Below are positions 26,838 through 36,983 of a stretch of DNA of 64,000 nt, one piece after another. How positions within the stretch are numbered: the stretch's first letter is position 1; each line of letters begins with the position of its first letter. A program made the position numbers and the translations under genes. Source of the stretch: Patescibacteria group bacterium. Lineage in GTDB: Bacteria; Patescibacteriota; Patescibacteriia; 2-01-FULL-39-33. Where the stretch lies: contig JBAZKF010000001.1 in NCBI GenBank assembly GCA_041650895.1, forward strand, positions 145,685 to 209,684. Direction: 5' to 3'. Below the pieces are notes generated by a model, which had not been told where the DNA came from, did not search any database, and worked only from the letters and a program-made list of their open reading frames with translations.

Positions 26838-27828
26838 AGAGCTGACAAAAGACCAAGAACAAGCTTGGGAAAATTTCTTAAACAATTGCGAAGAATCTAA
26901 CTTCTCCCATAGTCTTAGAATGCGAAAAATTATCCGCGACAATTATGGATTCGCTGATAATTACCTGGTTAGCACCAACGACCGAGGATTAATCGTCGGG
27001 ATTCTGCCGCTTTTTAAGATCAACAAGAAAAAGTCAGTCTCATTGCCCTTCACTGACTCAGCCGGCTTTATCGGCAATGAATCAGCCTTATCGGAATTTG
27101 CTGATTACCTGATGAGACAAACTGCTAAGGATAGCAAGGAATATGAATTACGCCAAGCTGAGGCGAGAAACTTTAGCCAGGCATCGCTAAGCACCGACAA
27201 TATATCTTCGATGATTGATTTAAAAGAAGATTCAGACAACTTATGGAAGAGAATTGATAAAAAAGCCAGAAACCAGGTGCGCAAAGCCGAAAAATACAAT
27301 CCGGAATATTTAAGACAAAAAGAATTATTAGCCGATTTTTACCTGCTCTATCTCAAATCAATGAAACGGCACGGCACGCCAGCCCATAAAGTGACTTTCT
27401 TTGCCAACATAATGGAACAATTTGACGGCATCATCTGCGCCGTTAAATACAATAATCAGACAGTCGCCGCCGCTTTGACTTTTATCCATAAGAATATATT
27501 GCATATTCCTTGGGCGGCCTCTGACAGAAAGTTTAAATCATTAAATTTTAATGACTACCTCTACTGGCGGATGATTTCTGAATCATGCGACAGGGGGCTT
27601 GACGGAGTAGATCTCGGCAGATCGCAAGTTGATTCCCCTGTAGCCAAATTCAAAAATCAATGGGATTGCCGCGATACCGTTCTGCAATACTATTTAATAT
27701 CATCAAAAAGAAAAAATAATAAAGCACCACAAAAATCCGGGTTACGTTATTTAGCAAAGATTTACCGTTTATTGCCATTAAATATCACTGCCCTAATCGG
27801 TCCCCGACTAAGGAAATACCTGCCCTAA
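26827..27828 (+). CDS. FemAB-family / GNAT-fold acyltransferase-like protein
   Basis: Translation from the ATG at 26827 gives MAIKELTKDQEQAWENFL... It shows the bipartite FemAB-like organisation with ...FKSLNFNDYLYWRMISESCDRGLDGVDLGRS. It overlaps the upstream stop by 11 nt. The track ORF from 26785 is probably too long. Confidence 0.5.
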   Translation: MAIKELTKDQEQAWENFLNNCEESNFSHSLRMRKIIRDNYGFADNYLVSTNDRGLIVGILPLFKINKKKSVSLPFTDSAGFIGNESALSEFADYLMRQTAKDSKEYELRQAEARNFSQASLSTDNISSMIDLKEDSDNLWKRIDKKARNQVRKAEKYNPEYLRQKELLADFYLLYLKSMKRHGTPAHKVTFFANIMEQFDGIICAVKYNNQTVAAALTFIHKNILHIPWAASDRKFKSLNFNDYLYWRMISESCDRGLDGVDLGRSQVDSPVAKFKNQWDCRDTVLQYYLISSKRKNNKAPQKSGLRYLAKIYRLLPLNITALIGPRLRKYLP

Positions 27829-27832
27829 AACT

Positions 27833-29251
27833 ATGACAAAAAAAATACTGCTAATTAACCCTGCCCAGTTTCAACCGATCGCCGCCAATCAGCCAGAAAT
27901 CTACGACAAAGAAATAGATTACCTGCCGTCATTGGGAATTTTATATTTGGCTTCCTATTTGAAAAAATTCGGTAATCATGAAATCAAAATTGCGGATTGC
28001 GGCGTAGAAAATATCAGTTACGACGGAATTGGCGATATCGCCAAAGATTTTAAACCGGATATAGTCGGTATAACCGCTTTAACTTTCGTCCTATTAGACG
28101 TCATAGCCATTATTAAAGCGATCAAAACGTCATTTCCCGGGACTTTAATCGTTCTAGGCGGTCCTCATCCGAATTTATACCCCAATGAAACCATTAACCT
28201 GCCCGGAGTGGATTTCATTGTCCTGGGCGAAGGCGAAAAACCGTTTAAGGAGTTGATTGATAATATTGATGATCGCGAAAAATTAAAAACAACACCTGGA
28301 TTGATCTTTAAACTTAATGGAGAAATAATCAACACCGGCCATTGCGAATTAATCAGCAATTTGGACGAATTGCCTTTTCCAGCTCGACAACTGACAAAAT
28401 ATGACAAGTATTTTTCTATCATCGCGCAAAAATCTCCGGTTACCACTATGTTCACTTCTCGCGGCTGTCCTTACCGCTGCCTGTTTTGCGATCGGCCGTA
28501 TTTAGGGAAAATTTTCCGCGCTCGCAGCGCCAAAAACGTCGTTGATGAAATGGCAGAGATTAAAAAAATGGGGATTGAAGAAATCTTCATCTATGACGAC
28601 ACCTTCACCATTAATCGCCAGAGAACTATCGACATTTGCCACGAAGTAATTAACAGAAAATTAGAAATCAATTGGGATATCCGCGCTCGCGTCAATACGG
28701 TTGATGAAGAGGTGCTTCACTGGCTAAAAATAGCCGGCTGCCGGAGAATCCATTTCGGCGTTGAAGCGGGAACTCAAAAGATACTTGATATACTCAAAAA
28801 AGATATCACGCTGGAGATGGTGGAAAAAGTAATCGGCTGGACAAAAAAAGAGGGCATTGAAACCCTCGCCTACTTCATGATCGGCAATCCTTCGGAAACC
28901 TTGGCCGACATTGAACAAACAATAGCATTCGCCAAAAAGATTGATCCGGATTATATTAATGTTTCTATTACCACTCCTTTCCCGGGCACCCAGTTATACG
29001 ATCAGGCTCTGGAAACAGGCATCATCAAAAGCGATGTCTGGAGGGAATTCGCGGCCAACCCTTCAACGCAATTCATTCCGCCGTTATGGACGGAGAATTT
29101 CTCCCGCGACGAGCTGATCGGCTTAATGCGTCAATTCTACGGTTCTTTCTACCGACGCCCCAAATATATCATCAAAAAACTTCTGGCCGTCAAATCCTGG
29201 GGCGAGTTAGTCAGAAAAGCCAAGGCCGGCTGGCAAGTATTAAAATTCTAA
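27833..29251 (+). CDS. B12-binding-domain radical SAM protein (class B rSAM), paralog 1
   Basis: N-terminal cobalamin-binding domain (KILLINP..., LGILYLASYL, GGPHPN). Radical SAM cluster motif TSRGCPYRCLFCDRP (CxxxCxxC). Confidence 0.85.
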   Translation: MTKKILLINPAQFQPIAANQPEIYDKEIDYLPSLGILYLASYLKKFGNHEIKIADCGVENISYDGIGDIAKDFKPDIVGITALTFVLLDVIAIIKAIKTSFPGTLIVLGGPHPNLYPNETINLPGVDFIVLGEGEKPFKELIDNIDDREKLKTTPGLIFKLNGEIINTGHCELISNLDELPFPARQLTKYDKYFSIIAQKSPVTTMFTSRGCPYRCLFCDRPYLGKIFRARSAKNVVDEMAEIKKMGIEEIFIYDDTFTINRQRTIDICHEVINRKLEINWDIRARVNTVDEEVLHWLKIAGCRRIHFGVEAGTQKILDILKKDITLEMVEKVIGWTKKEGIETLAYFMIGNPSETLADIEQTIAFAKKIDPDYINVSITTPFPGTQLYDQALETGIIKSDVWREFAANPSTQFIPPLWTENFSRDELIGLMRQFYGSFYRRPKYIIKKLLAVKSWGELVRKAKAGWQVLKF

Positions 29252-29254
29252 AAC

Positions 29255-30682
29255 CTATTTAAGGACGTTTTTAAAAATGTTAAGTCCCAGCAGAATATCT
29301 TTCAAGTCTGCCAGGGACTTGATTTTTTTTAGCCGATAAATAATATATTTCGGACGTAAATAAAACTTAATAAAGGCTTTGCGTTTTAATTTCAGCAGGG
29401 TATCACTGCTTAAATCGGGCAAATCCATCGGCGGTATATGATTGGAGACTGAACAAAAATCACTCCAATCAAAATCTTTCCTGATGTATCCGCGAGCCTT
29501 TGCTTCTTCATACATGGGAGTTCCCGGATAAGGAATGGCAACAAAAAAGGCTGCTGTGTCCAGATCCAAGCTACAAGCAAAATCAATCGTCTGATTAACC
29601 GTCCAAGGATCTTCGTCAATATAACCAATAATGAATGCTCCGGAAACCAAGATGTCGTTTTTACGGCATAAGTCAACGGCTATTCTAGCTTGTTCCAGTG
29701 TGGCGCCCTTGCACATCTTATCTAAAATTCTCTGCGAGCCCGATTCAAAACCAAAACCGATCCTTTTACAGCCGGCCCGTCTCATTAACTTGAGCATTTC
29801 ATTATTTACCGAATCAACTCTGGCCATAACCACCCAAGAGATATCCAGCTTCCGCCGGATAATCTCTTCACAAAATTCCTTCACTCTATCTTTATTAGCC
29901 GTAAAGAGTTCGTCATGGAAATTAAAAGAAGTAGCCTGGTAATTTTTCATGCATTCTTCAATCTCGGCCAAAACATTACTCACACTCCTAGTACGATAGC
30001 GCCTTTTCCAAACTGATTCCGCCATGCAAAAACCGCAACGATAAGGACAGCCGCGGCCGGATATGATATTAATCGCCTGCCCCGAGTCCGTCGTTCTGGT
30101 CGGCGGCAAGTAATACTTTTCAACCGGCAATAAATCACGAGCCGGGAACGGTATGGTATCAAGATTATCAATCAGCGGGCGGGGTTCTGTTATTAATATT
30201 TCAGCATTATCGCGATAAGCGATGCCTTTAATCACCCCGAAATCGACTTGCTCGGATATTAAGGCGCGGATTAATTCCAAAAAAGTGACTTCCCCTTCGC
30301 CCAAGACGCAAAAATCTATTGCCGGCATACCCCGCATTGTTTCTTCGGCGGCAATTGTCGGATGTGGCCCGCCGACAATGATTTTTATTGCGGGATTAAT
30401 GACTTTTATCCGCCGCGTAATTTCTTTGAGTTGTTTATAGACAGGCGTGGGGAAAGTCAAAGCGATAAATTGCGGCATGATTTCCTTAATCTTTTCATCT
30501 ATCTGATCATAGGACATTTCCAATGCCTCACCGTCAAGAATTGTTATTTCTACTTCCTGTTCATATTGGCGCAAATAAGCCGCCAGATAAGCCAAATTAA
30601 GCGGAGCGGTTTTCCCACCCTGCCCTTCGATACCGTCATAATTAGTGAAAGGCGGATTAATCAATAAAAGTTTATACTTCAT
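29255..30682 (-). CDS. B12-binding-domain radical SAM protein, paralog 2
   Basis: MKYKLLLINPP..., LNLAYLAAYL, GGPHPT, SGRGCPYRCGFCMAE. It is convergent with paralog 1, with 3 nt between the stop codons. Its start overlaps the upstream stop (ATGA). Confidence 0.85.
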   Translation of the reverse strand: MKYKLLLINPPFTNYDGIEGQGGKTAPLNLAYLAAYLRQYEQEVEITILDGEALEMSYDQIDEKIKEIMPQFIALTFPTPVYKQLKEITRRIKVINPAIKIIVGGPHPTIAAEETMRGMPAIDFCVLGEGEVTFLELIRALISEQVDFGVIKGIAYRDNAEILITEPRPLIDNLDTIPFPARDLLPVEKYYLPPTRTTDSGQAINIISGRGCPYRCGFCMAESVWKRRYRTRSVSNVLAEIEECMKNYQATSFNFHDELFTANKDRVKEFCEEIIRRKLDISWVVMARVDSVNNEMLKLMRRAGCKRIGFGFESGSQRILDKMCKGATLEQARIAVDLCRKNDILVSGAFIIGYIDEDPWTVNQTIDFACSLDLDTAAFFVAIPYPGTPMYEEAKARGYIRKDFDWSDFCSVSNHIPPMDLPDLSSDTLLKLKRKAFIKFYLRPKYIIYRLKKIKSLADLKDILLGLNIFKNVLK

Positions 30683-31653
30683 AAGTCGGTCTTTTTAAAA
30701 AAATTCTTTACGGGTAAAAAAATAGCAATTAAAATTAATAAATAAGCGAGACTAAACAAATGTACTATGAAACCAGAAATAATAGACGCTTCCTTATTTA
30801 AGCCTAATAGTCCGAAGCTGATAGCCCAACCTGTTTCATAAGTTCCGAAGTCCCACAATCCCTGGATAGGCAAAAAACTTATTAATTGACTAAAAATCAA
30901 ACCCAGAGTTACTTTAAGCCAGTTAAAATCTATATTTAGGGCACGGAAAAAAACTACGATCATTAAAGAAGCGGACGCCAGCCACAAGAACGAAATCAAC
31001 AAATTAGTCAAGTAAACGGGCCAGGAACGAATTGTTTTGACGCTTGTTGCAACCTCTTCCAACTTAGTAGCCAGCTTAGCGCCAAATTGAAATTTAGTCA
31101 ATCTTGCCCAATGCATTAAAATAACAACCGCTTTAACCAGCCAATCAAGGTAGAATAATATGGCAATCGTGGCTAACCCAAGCATAAAACAGCTTAGATA
31201 GATTCTATTAGGCGGAATGTAGCCGGGGTTAAGCAAAATAAAACCGATCAGAAAAGAAAAAGCCACTGCCAAAAGATCAAAAAATCTGGCTACCAACAGG
31301 ACACTAAGCCCTTCTGCTATGGCTACATTCTCACGTTTTTTTATGAAATAAACAAAACTTAACTCACCGCTTCTAAACGGCATTAAATTACAAAAAAAAG
31401 TATAACCCAAAGTAATTTTCAAGGAACTCAAAAAACTTATTTTCTTAGAAAGAATCAAGACTTGCCAGCGCCAAGCCCGCAAACAAACGCCGATAAAATA
31501 AAAAATAAACGCGATTAAAGCGTAAGTCCATGATATATTTGAAATAATATCCCTGGCTTGAGTGAAATCAATCTGAGTTAAAAGCAAACACAATAAAATT
31601 ATGGTTACGGCCAAGGAGATTGTTTTTTTGCGCTTGGTTATCTTTTTCAACAT
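30679..31653 (-). CDS. Flippase-like TM-domain protein (lysylphosphatidylglycerol-synthase TM region / UPF0104-like)
   Basis: 324 aa with about 8 TM helices. The N-terminal region ...IDFTQARDIISNISWTYALIAFIFYFIGVCLRAWRWQVLI resembles PF03706-type proteins, which are often coupled to GT2 enzymes. Confidence 0.45.
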   Translation of the reverse strand: MLKKITKRKKTISLAVTIILLCLLLTQIDFTQARDIISNISWTYALIAFIFYFIGVCLRAWRWQVLILSKKISFLSSLKITLGYTFFCNLMPFRSGELSFVYFIKKRENVAIAEGLSVLLVARFFDLLAVAFSFLIGFILLNPGYIPPNRIYLSCFMLGLATIAILFYLDWLVKAVVILMHWARLTKFQFGAKLATKLEEVATSVKTIRSWPVYLTNLLISFLWLASASLMIVVFFRALNIDFNWLKVTLGLIFSQLISFLPIQGLWDFGTYETGWAISFGLLGLNKEASIISGFIVHLFSLAYLLILIAIFLPVKNFFKKTDL

Positions 31654-33488
31654 TATTTTATCAAGTTAAGAAACCACATCTTGCCGGGACTGGTTTCAGC
31701 TTCTATTATTCCCGCCTGAGGCCAATCGACAATGTTTATCGCTTGGCTACTGGAGGAAATCTGCCCCGCTAATTCAGCATCATAACCAATTATATATTTT
31801 ACATTATAAACGTCAAAAGCCGACTGAAGTTTTTGCTCCTGCAATAAATGGTTGATAGTATTCGGAGAAAAATAGACAGTTGATACTCCGGTTAAATAAT
31901 TCAACAGAGGATGCAATGACCTATTGCCTACGGCCACCGCCTCTTCCGGTTTGATGGCGACACCCCAAGAACTGATTTGCTCAGCTGAATAAGCAATTTT
32001 CAAATTTATATTATTATCATATCCCCGGCCCCAATAGACATGATTAGCCTGGACTAAGCCATAAATGATTAAAAGAATAATCACCCCGCCGGCCAGCCGA
32101 CTAAATCTCTTTGCAACATAATAATCGCTGATCATCTTAGCTAAGCTCATCAAGCCCAGACTGATAAAAAGAGCAATCACCCAACCCCAATCCATTAAAT
32201 GATTGCGTGAGGCCAGAACGACGTAACTGGAAATAAAAATAGAAAACACCAGCCAACTGACAAAAAGATTGGTTAGATTCTTGTCTCGACGACTCAAGTC
32301 TTTAATACCCAATAACATTAAAATAAAAAACAGTGATCCGCCAATATACTCCAAGGCGAGAAATCGAGAAAGATGCGCCAGCAGATTATTGGATCCGACA
32401 AGAGCCCGCTCCGCCAAATTGATGGGGCGTATGCCGATATTGGCCCCCACCTTAATCAAGTCAATGCTCTTCAATAATCCTCGACCAGCTATGTCGGAAT
32501 TAAATTTGTCTAAAACCGTTTTCTGATCAAAATAAAAAGTATAGGGATCGGGGAAAAGATGGCCGTAAAAATTAAACTCAGACCAATTATTGGTTTGCGT
32601 CTCGCTGGCAAAAAACACCCTGAAATAATCATTATTACCGCTAAAACCGAATATCGCCGGCAACCAGAAAAAAGCTAATATTACAAAAAAAGGAACAAAC
32701 ACCAAACTGATGTTTCCAAGACTGCTTTTGACGGCATTGTTCCTTAAACCGGTTAAGACGGTTTTAAAACGTAACCAAATCAATCGGAAAAAAGACAAAT
32801 CCGTACGGGAATCGATAATAAGGGGTTGCTCTGAGGACTGAAAAATCAACCAAAAAAATAAAACTGGCGGAAATAAGAACATCACTTCCCGCGACAGGCA
32901 AGCTAGCGACAAAAAGACTCCGGACAAAGGCAGAAAAAAATATCTGCCCTTGACTTTACGGCCGATAAAAAACAAAACGCAAAAAACTGAAAAATACAGC
33001 ATCGCGAATTCGTAGGTGCCGATAGTTTGAACCATCTGGGAATTAAACGGCAATAAGATATAAACCAAAGAAAATATTGCGGCTATTTCCCAATCAAACA
33101 AATAAAACACGACGGCCGCAAATAAAACCAAAGCCAATGCCTGAATAATTACGGCAATGACTATTAAAGTGTTGAAATCTGGCAAGCCGATCAACTGAAA
33201 TAATGCAGCATAAGACCAGGTAGTAAACTTATTGCCCTGGGTACTGAGCTGAGCCCGCTGGCTGACTAAAGACGGCGCCAAAACGACATTGCGGCTGTCC
33301 TCCATGCCGTAAACCCCCGTTTGGACAAGATTCCTGGCCAAAATAAAATTCTCCGCTTCGGCCGGTTGGGCAGTACTGCCCTTAAAAAAAACCGGAAAAT
33401 ACCAAAAACCGGCTGCAACAAAAAAAACTACGGGCAATAAAACAAAAAGAATCGAGCTCTTAAACCTAAAATTTGGCTGTTGCGACAT
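31653..33488 (-). CDS. Large polytopic membrane protein, possibly a GT-C-fold (ArnT/PMT_2-like) glycosyltransferase
   Basis: 611 aa with more than 12 TM helices. The N-terminal AENFILARNLVQTGVYG resembles the conserved start of COG1807-type GT-C enzymes. The assignment is tentative. Confidence 0.4.
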   Translation of the reverse strand: MSQQPNFRFKSSILFVLLPVVFFVAAGFWYFPVFFKGSTAQPAEAENFILARNLVQTGVYGMEDSRNVVLAPSLVSQRAQLSTQGNKFTTWSYAALFQLIGLPDFNTLIVIAVIIQALALVLFAAVVFYLFDWEIAAIFSLVYILLPFNSQMVQTIGTYEFAMLYFSVFCVLFFIGRKVKGRYFFLPLSGVFLSLACLSREVMFLFPPVLFFWLIFQSSEQPLIIDSRTDLSFFRLIWLRFKTVLTGLRNNAVKSSLGNISLVFVPFFVILAFFWLPAIFGFSGNNDYFRVFFASETQTNNWSEFNFYGHLFPDPYTFYFDQKTVLDKFNSDIAGRGLLKSIDLIKVGANIGIRPINLAERALVGSNNLLAHLSRFLALEYIGGSLFFILMLLGIKDLSRRDKNLTNLFVSWLVFSIFISSYVVLASRNHLMDWGWVIALFISLGLMSLAKMISDYYVAKRFSRLAGGVIILLIIYGLVQANHVYWGRGYDNNINLKIAYSAEQISSWGVAIKPEEAVAVGNRSLHPLLNYLTGVSTVYFSPNTINHLLQEQKLQSAFDVYNVKYIIGYDAELAGQISSSSQAINIVDWPQAGIIEAETSPGKMWFLNLIK

Positions 33489-33497
33489 AATTTAGAG

Positions 33498-34586
33498 TTA
33501 CTTTAAATGAAAATTCCCAAAAACCGCCCTAAACAAATGCCAAGGGCTCATCATAATATTAGGAAGTTGATAACAATAATGAGTACACCAACATTTCTTA
33601 TTCTTAATATCTAACCGTTGCTGTTTCGCAAGGGATGACTGCCAGGCCTTTCTAAAATCATAATCATAATCCCGCAGATTACCTATCTTGGGCAACATTT
33701 CGCAATTATACATATTACCCCAAGCGTCAATAACGGGGAAAAATAAAGCTGAGCGGCAAGGTAGGATTTGTTTTTTTTGCTTCATTATTTTTAATGCTAT
33801 CTTATGGTAATAAGCATAAAACAGCTTATTGGCCAAATCATTGGCCAATGTCTTACTCTTGAATAAAACACGGCTAAGCAATTCCTCATATTGCCCCAAA
33901 TCTACGGGTGCGATTTTTTGCGGGTCAAACGAACCGCGGATTACTTCAATCGTATGATATGTGATGCCGGGATGCTGATCAACAAAATCAATCACCGCGG
34001 CGATATTATCTTGGTTTACATTAGAAATAGTGGTATTAACACTGACCTGCAACAACTCATTAGTCTTAGCGATAGCCGTCAATTTCTCATACGTATCCAA
34101 AAAAAGCTTAAAGTTTCCAGCTATTCCTCTTACCCGATCATGCACCTCTCCGATTCCGTCCAGAGATAGGACTACTTTTAGTTTTATTGGCACGCGAACC
34201 AGTATCCTTTCGACTTGATCCGCTATCTTATCCGGCAAAAGACAATTAGTCGGTATGGCAATTTTTCTAGTGGCGCTGCAACGGTAAAAAATCTCGCAAA
34301 TTTCCGGCAAATCCGGCCGCAAAAACGGTTCACCTCCACCCAAAGTAACGCTTCTTATGTCGCCAATGGTTTGGGTAAATTTTTCTATTTCCGCTAAAGA
34401 AAGCTCCTTAGTTTCCGTGTTTATCACTTGCCAGTTAAAACACATTAGACAACGGGAGTTGCACTTGTTGGTTACTTGAAAAATTAATCCGTAAAGCGGC
34501 CATTCCCTTTTTGATAAAGAATAGAAATAGAACTTGCTTACAGGAAAATATTGTTTAATTATTTTTAATCGTTTAATAAAATCCAT
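33498..34586 (-). CDS. Radical SAM protein (non-B12) with a C-terminal Cys pair (SPASM/twitch-like)
   Basis: FQVTNKCNSRCLMCFNW (CxxxCxxC), GGGEPFLRPDL, SLDGIGEVHDRVRGIAGNFKLF, and C-terminal KCWCTHYCY. It is paralogous to the rSAM domain of the 45035..47599 fusion. Confidence 0.75.
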   Translation of the reverse strand: MDFIKRLKIIKQYFPVSKFYFYSLSKREWPLYGLIFQVTNKCNSRCLMCFNWQVINTETKELSLAEIEKFTQTIGDIRSVTLGGGEPFLRPDLPEICEIFYRCSATRKIAIPTNCLLPDKIADQVERILVRVPIKLKVVLSLDGIGEVHDRVRGIAGNFKLFLDTYEKLTAIAKTNELLQVSVNTTISNVNQDNIAAVIDFVDQHPGITYHTIEVIRGSFDPQKIAPVDLGQYEELLSRVLFKSKTLANDLANKLFYAYYHKIALKIMKQKKQILPCRSALFFPVIDAWGNMYNCEMLPKIGNLRDYDYDFRKAWQSSLAKQQRLDIKNKKCWCTHYCYQLPNIMMSPWHLFRAVFGNFHLK

Positions 34587-34589
34587 AAA

Positions 34590-35546
34590 TTAATCTAGAT
34601 TAAATAACTGCTCTAATTGGTTATTGCTGATCTTTTTTAATCGGCTATTCCTCATTCTGGCATGAAAAATATCAAATGAATTAATAATTATGGAGACAAG
34701 GCTTTTCATAAAGGGCTGGAGATCGGCGGGTTGTCTAAGGCAATGGGCGATATTAAAACGGATATTAAGAGGCAATGATCTGATCAAAAGCAATGCCGGA
34801 TAATTCCTTAGCATAATCAATAGCCGATTACGCATCCACAGGTAGACCGTCCGCTTATTGCCTATTGTCTTATTTACGGTCACGCTCAAACCATGATAGC
34901 TAACGCTGTTTGGCTGATAAACAACTTGATATCCGGCAATATTAACCCTCAACGACAAATCAGTATCTTCATAACCATGATAATATTTTTCGCAGAAACC
35001 ACCGATTTTCTCCAAAACACTGCGCCTGATAATCATGGAAGCGCTACAGGCATAAAGAACCTGCCGACGCTGATTATATTTTGGATCGCTTGATTCTGCG
35101 CCAATACCAATATCATAGCCTTTACCGCGAAACAATATACTACCGCCGGCAGCAGCGATTTTTTCCGGCATACCAGCGAAAAGAATCTTACCTACAGCCT
35201 GGCCGACATTACCATTTGAATCCATTAATCGCACCATCTCAGCCAACCAGGTTTTAGAAAGAACGGCGTCATTATCCATAGTCACTACATATTCAGCTCG
35301 GCCGGAATCAATCCCTTTATTACGCGCCGCCGCCGGACCCAGGTTAGCCTTATTCTCAATAACGGTAATTCCAGGATAGTGCCGTCGAAAATAATCCACT
35401 GAGTCATCCGGAGAATGGTCATCAACCAAAATAATATTATAGTCAATATACGTTGAATCCAACAAAGAGTCAAGGCATTTCGCGGTCAATTCCTTGTTCT
35501 TGTAATTACAAACCACAATATCAATTTTGGGATTAATTTGATTCAT
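34590..35546 (-). CDS. GT2-family glycosyltransferase
   Basis: IDIVVCNYKNKELTAKCLDSL...IILVDDHSPDDS...NLGPAAARNKG. Confidence 0.8.
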   Translation of the reverse strand: MNQINPKIDIVVCNYKNKELTAKCLDSLLDSTYIDYNIILVDDHSPDDSVDYFRRHYPGITVIENKANLGPAAARNKGIDSGRAEYVVTMDNDAVLSKTWLAEMVRLMDSNGNVGQAVGKILFAGMPEKIAAAGGSILFRGKGYDIGIGAESSDPKYNQRRQVLYACSASMIIRRSVLEKIGGFCEKYYHGYEDTDLSLRVNIAGYQVVYQPNSVSYHGLSVTVNKTIGNKRTVYLWMRNRLLIMLRNYPALLLIRSLPLNIRFNIAHCLRQPADLQPFMKSLVSIIINSFDIFHARMRNSRLKKISNNQLEQLFNLD

Positions 35547-35550
35547 AAAA

Positions 35551-36975
35551 TTACGACGGTTTCCTGTGACCTTTAAATAATTTAGGAATCGCCCTTAGCA
35601 ATTTTCGCCATAAAACTTGCGGAGCGTATAACAGTAAAAAATACGCCATCTTCAATCTGAATATAGTCGGACTTTTCGGTATCTTAAAAACAGCAGAGTA
35701 TGATTCAGTGGATAAATTAGCTATTTTCCAAGCCTTCAACCGATCCTTAGCGCTAAAATCAGCGGTTTCAAAAATCGGAATAATCTTATCCCCTGTTTTG
35801 GAAAAATGGCGGCCGAGCGCAAAATCATTCAATAATTTACCATTGTTTTTAACCCAGTCCCATAACTCCGTATGAGGATAGGGAATCAAAAAATTCCACT
35901 TAATGCCGCCGTTTAATTTTAATTGATCAAAAAACTTCACTGTTTCCCTGGTATGTCTAAGATTATCACCGGGTAGGCCGACAATAAAAAATCCCGTAAC
36001 TTTGATGCCGCTTCCCATTAATATTTTAGTGGCCCTGACAATATCTTCTAGTTTCTCACCTTTTTTTATCCGATCAAACACTTCAGGCACGCCGCTTTCT
36101 ATGCCTAAGGAGACATGACGGCAACCAGACTCATACATAGCAACGGAAAGTTCTTGGGTAATCCTGTCGGCCCTGACGCCATTGGGGCAGCCCCAGACAA
36201 GCTCCAATTTTTGGCCGGCTAATGACCGGCAAAATTGCAAAGCCCGGTTGATATCCATAGTGAAATTATCATCAACCAGTTCAAAGCTATTTATCAGGTA
36301 TTTCTCCTTGGCCAGAACTAATTCTTTAATAATATTTTCTACACTTCGGGATCTCCAATTGCGCCCACTGACAAATTTAACCGAACAATAAACGCAGTTG
36401 TAAGGACAGCCGCGGCTGGTTAGAAGCGGATAAGGTCGATCTTTAAAATATTCCCGAGGATCCAATTCTGAAAAATGATCATAATCGGGAAAACTTAATT
36501 TATCCAAATCAGTAACAAAAGAATAATGATTAACCCGGCATTCGCCACCGACTCGGTAAACCAACCCGGGAACTTCGTTGATTTGCTTTTTGCCGGATAG
36601 AAAATCAAAAAAAAGCGGCAAGGACTGTTCGGCCTCAAACTGCAAGCCATAATCAATATCGGGATTCGTCTGCAAATATTCCACCCCCAATAAACTGACA
36701 TGGGGTCCGCCGACGATAATTAAACTGTCAATCTTGCCTTTTAATTCGGCAATAAAATCGCCAATTACCGCTACGTTAGTAGACTTTACGGAGAAACCCA
36801 AAACTCTGGGATTAATTGCAATAATAAAATCTTTCAAATGATCAGGCGACCAAGCCAAAAAGTTCAAATCAATAATGTTAAAAGAGAGGCGCCCGGCAAG
36901 CGAACCGCCTAAATAGGCCAAGCCATTATTGATGTATTTATTTGTCCCCCTAACTTCAATAAGCAACAAATCCAT
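35551..36975 (-). CDS. B12-binding-domain radical SAM protein, paralog 3
   Basis: GGPHVS, TSRGCPYNCVYCSVK, and the B12-domain-like N-terminus. Confidence 0.85.
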   Translation of the reverse strand: MDLLLIEVRGTNKYINNGLAYLGGSLAGRLSFNIIDLNFLAWSPDHLKDFIIAINPRVLGFSVKSTNVAVIGDFIAELKGKIDSLIIVGGPHVSLLGVEYLQTNPDIDYGLQFEAEQSLPLFFDFLSGKKQINEVPGLVYRVGGECRVNHYSFVTDLDKLSFPDYDHFSELDPREYFKDRPYPLLTSRGCPYNCVYCSVKFVSGRNWRSRSVENIIKELVLAKEKYLINSFELVDDNFTMDINRALQFCRSLAGQKLELVWGCPNGVRADRITQELSVAMYESGCRHVSLGIESGVPEVFDRIKKGEKLEDIVRATKILMGSGIKVTGFFIVGLPGDNLRHTRETVKFFDQLKLNGGIKWNFLIPYPHTELWDWVKNNGKLLNDFALGRHFSKTGDKIIPIFETADFSAKDRLKAWKIANLSTESYSAVFKIPKSPTIFRLKMAYFLLLYAPQVLWRKLLRAIPKLFKGHRKPS

Positions 36976-36983
36976 AATAATAA

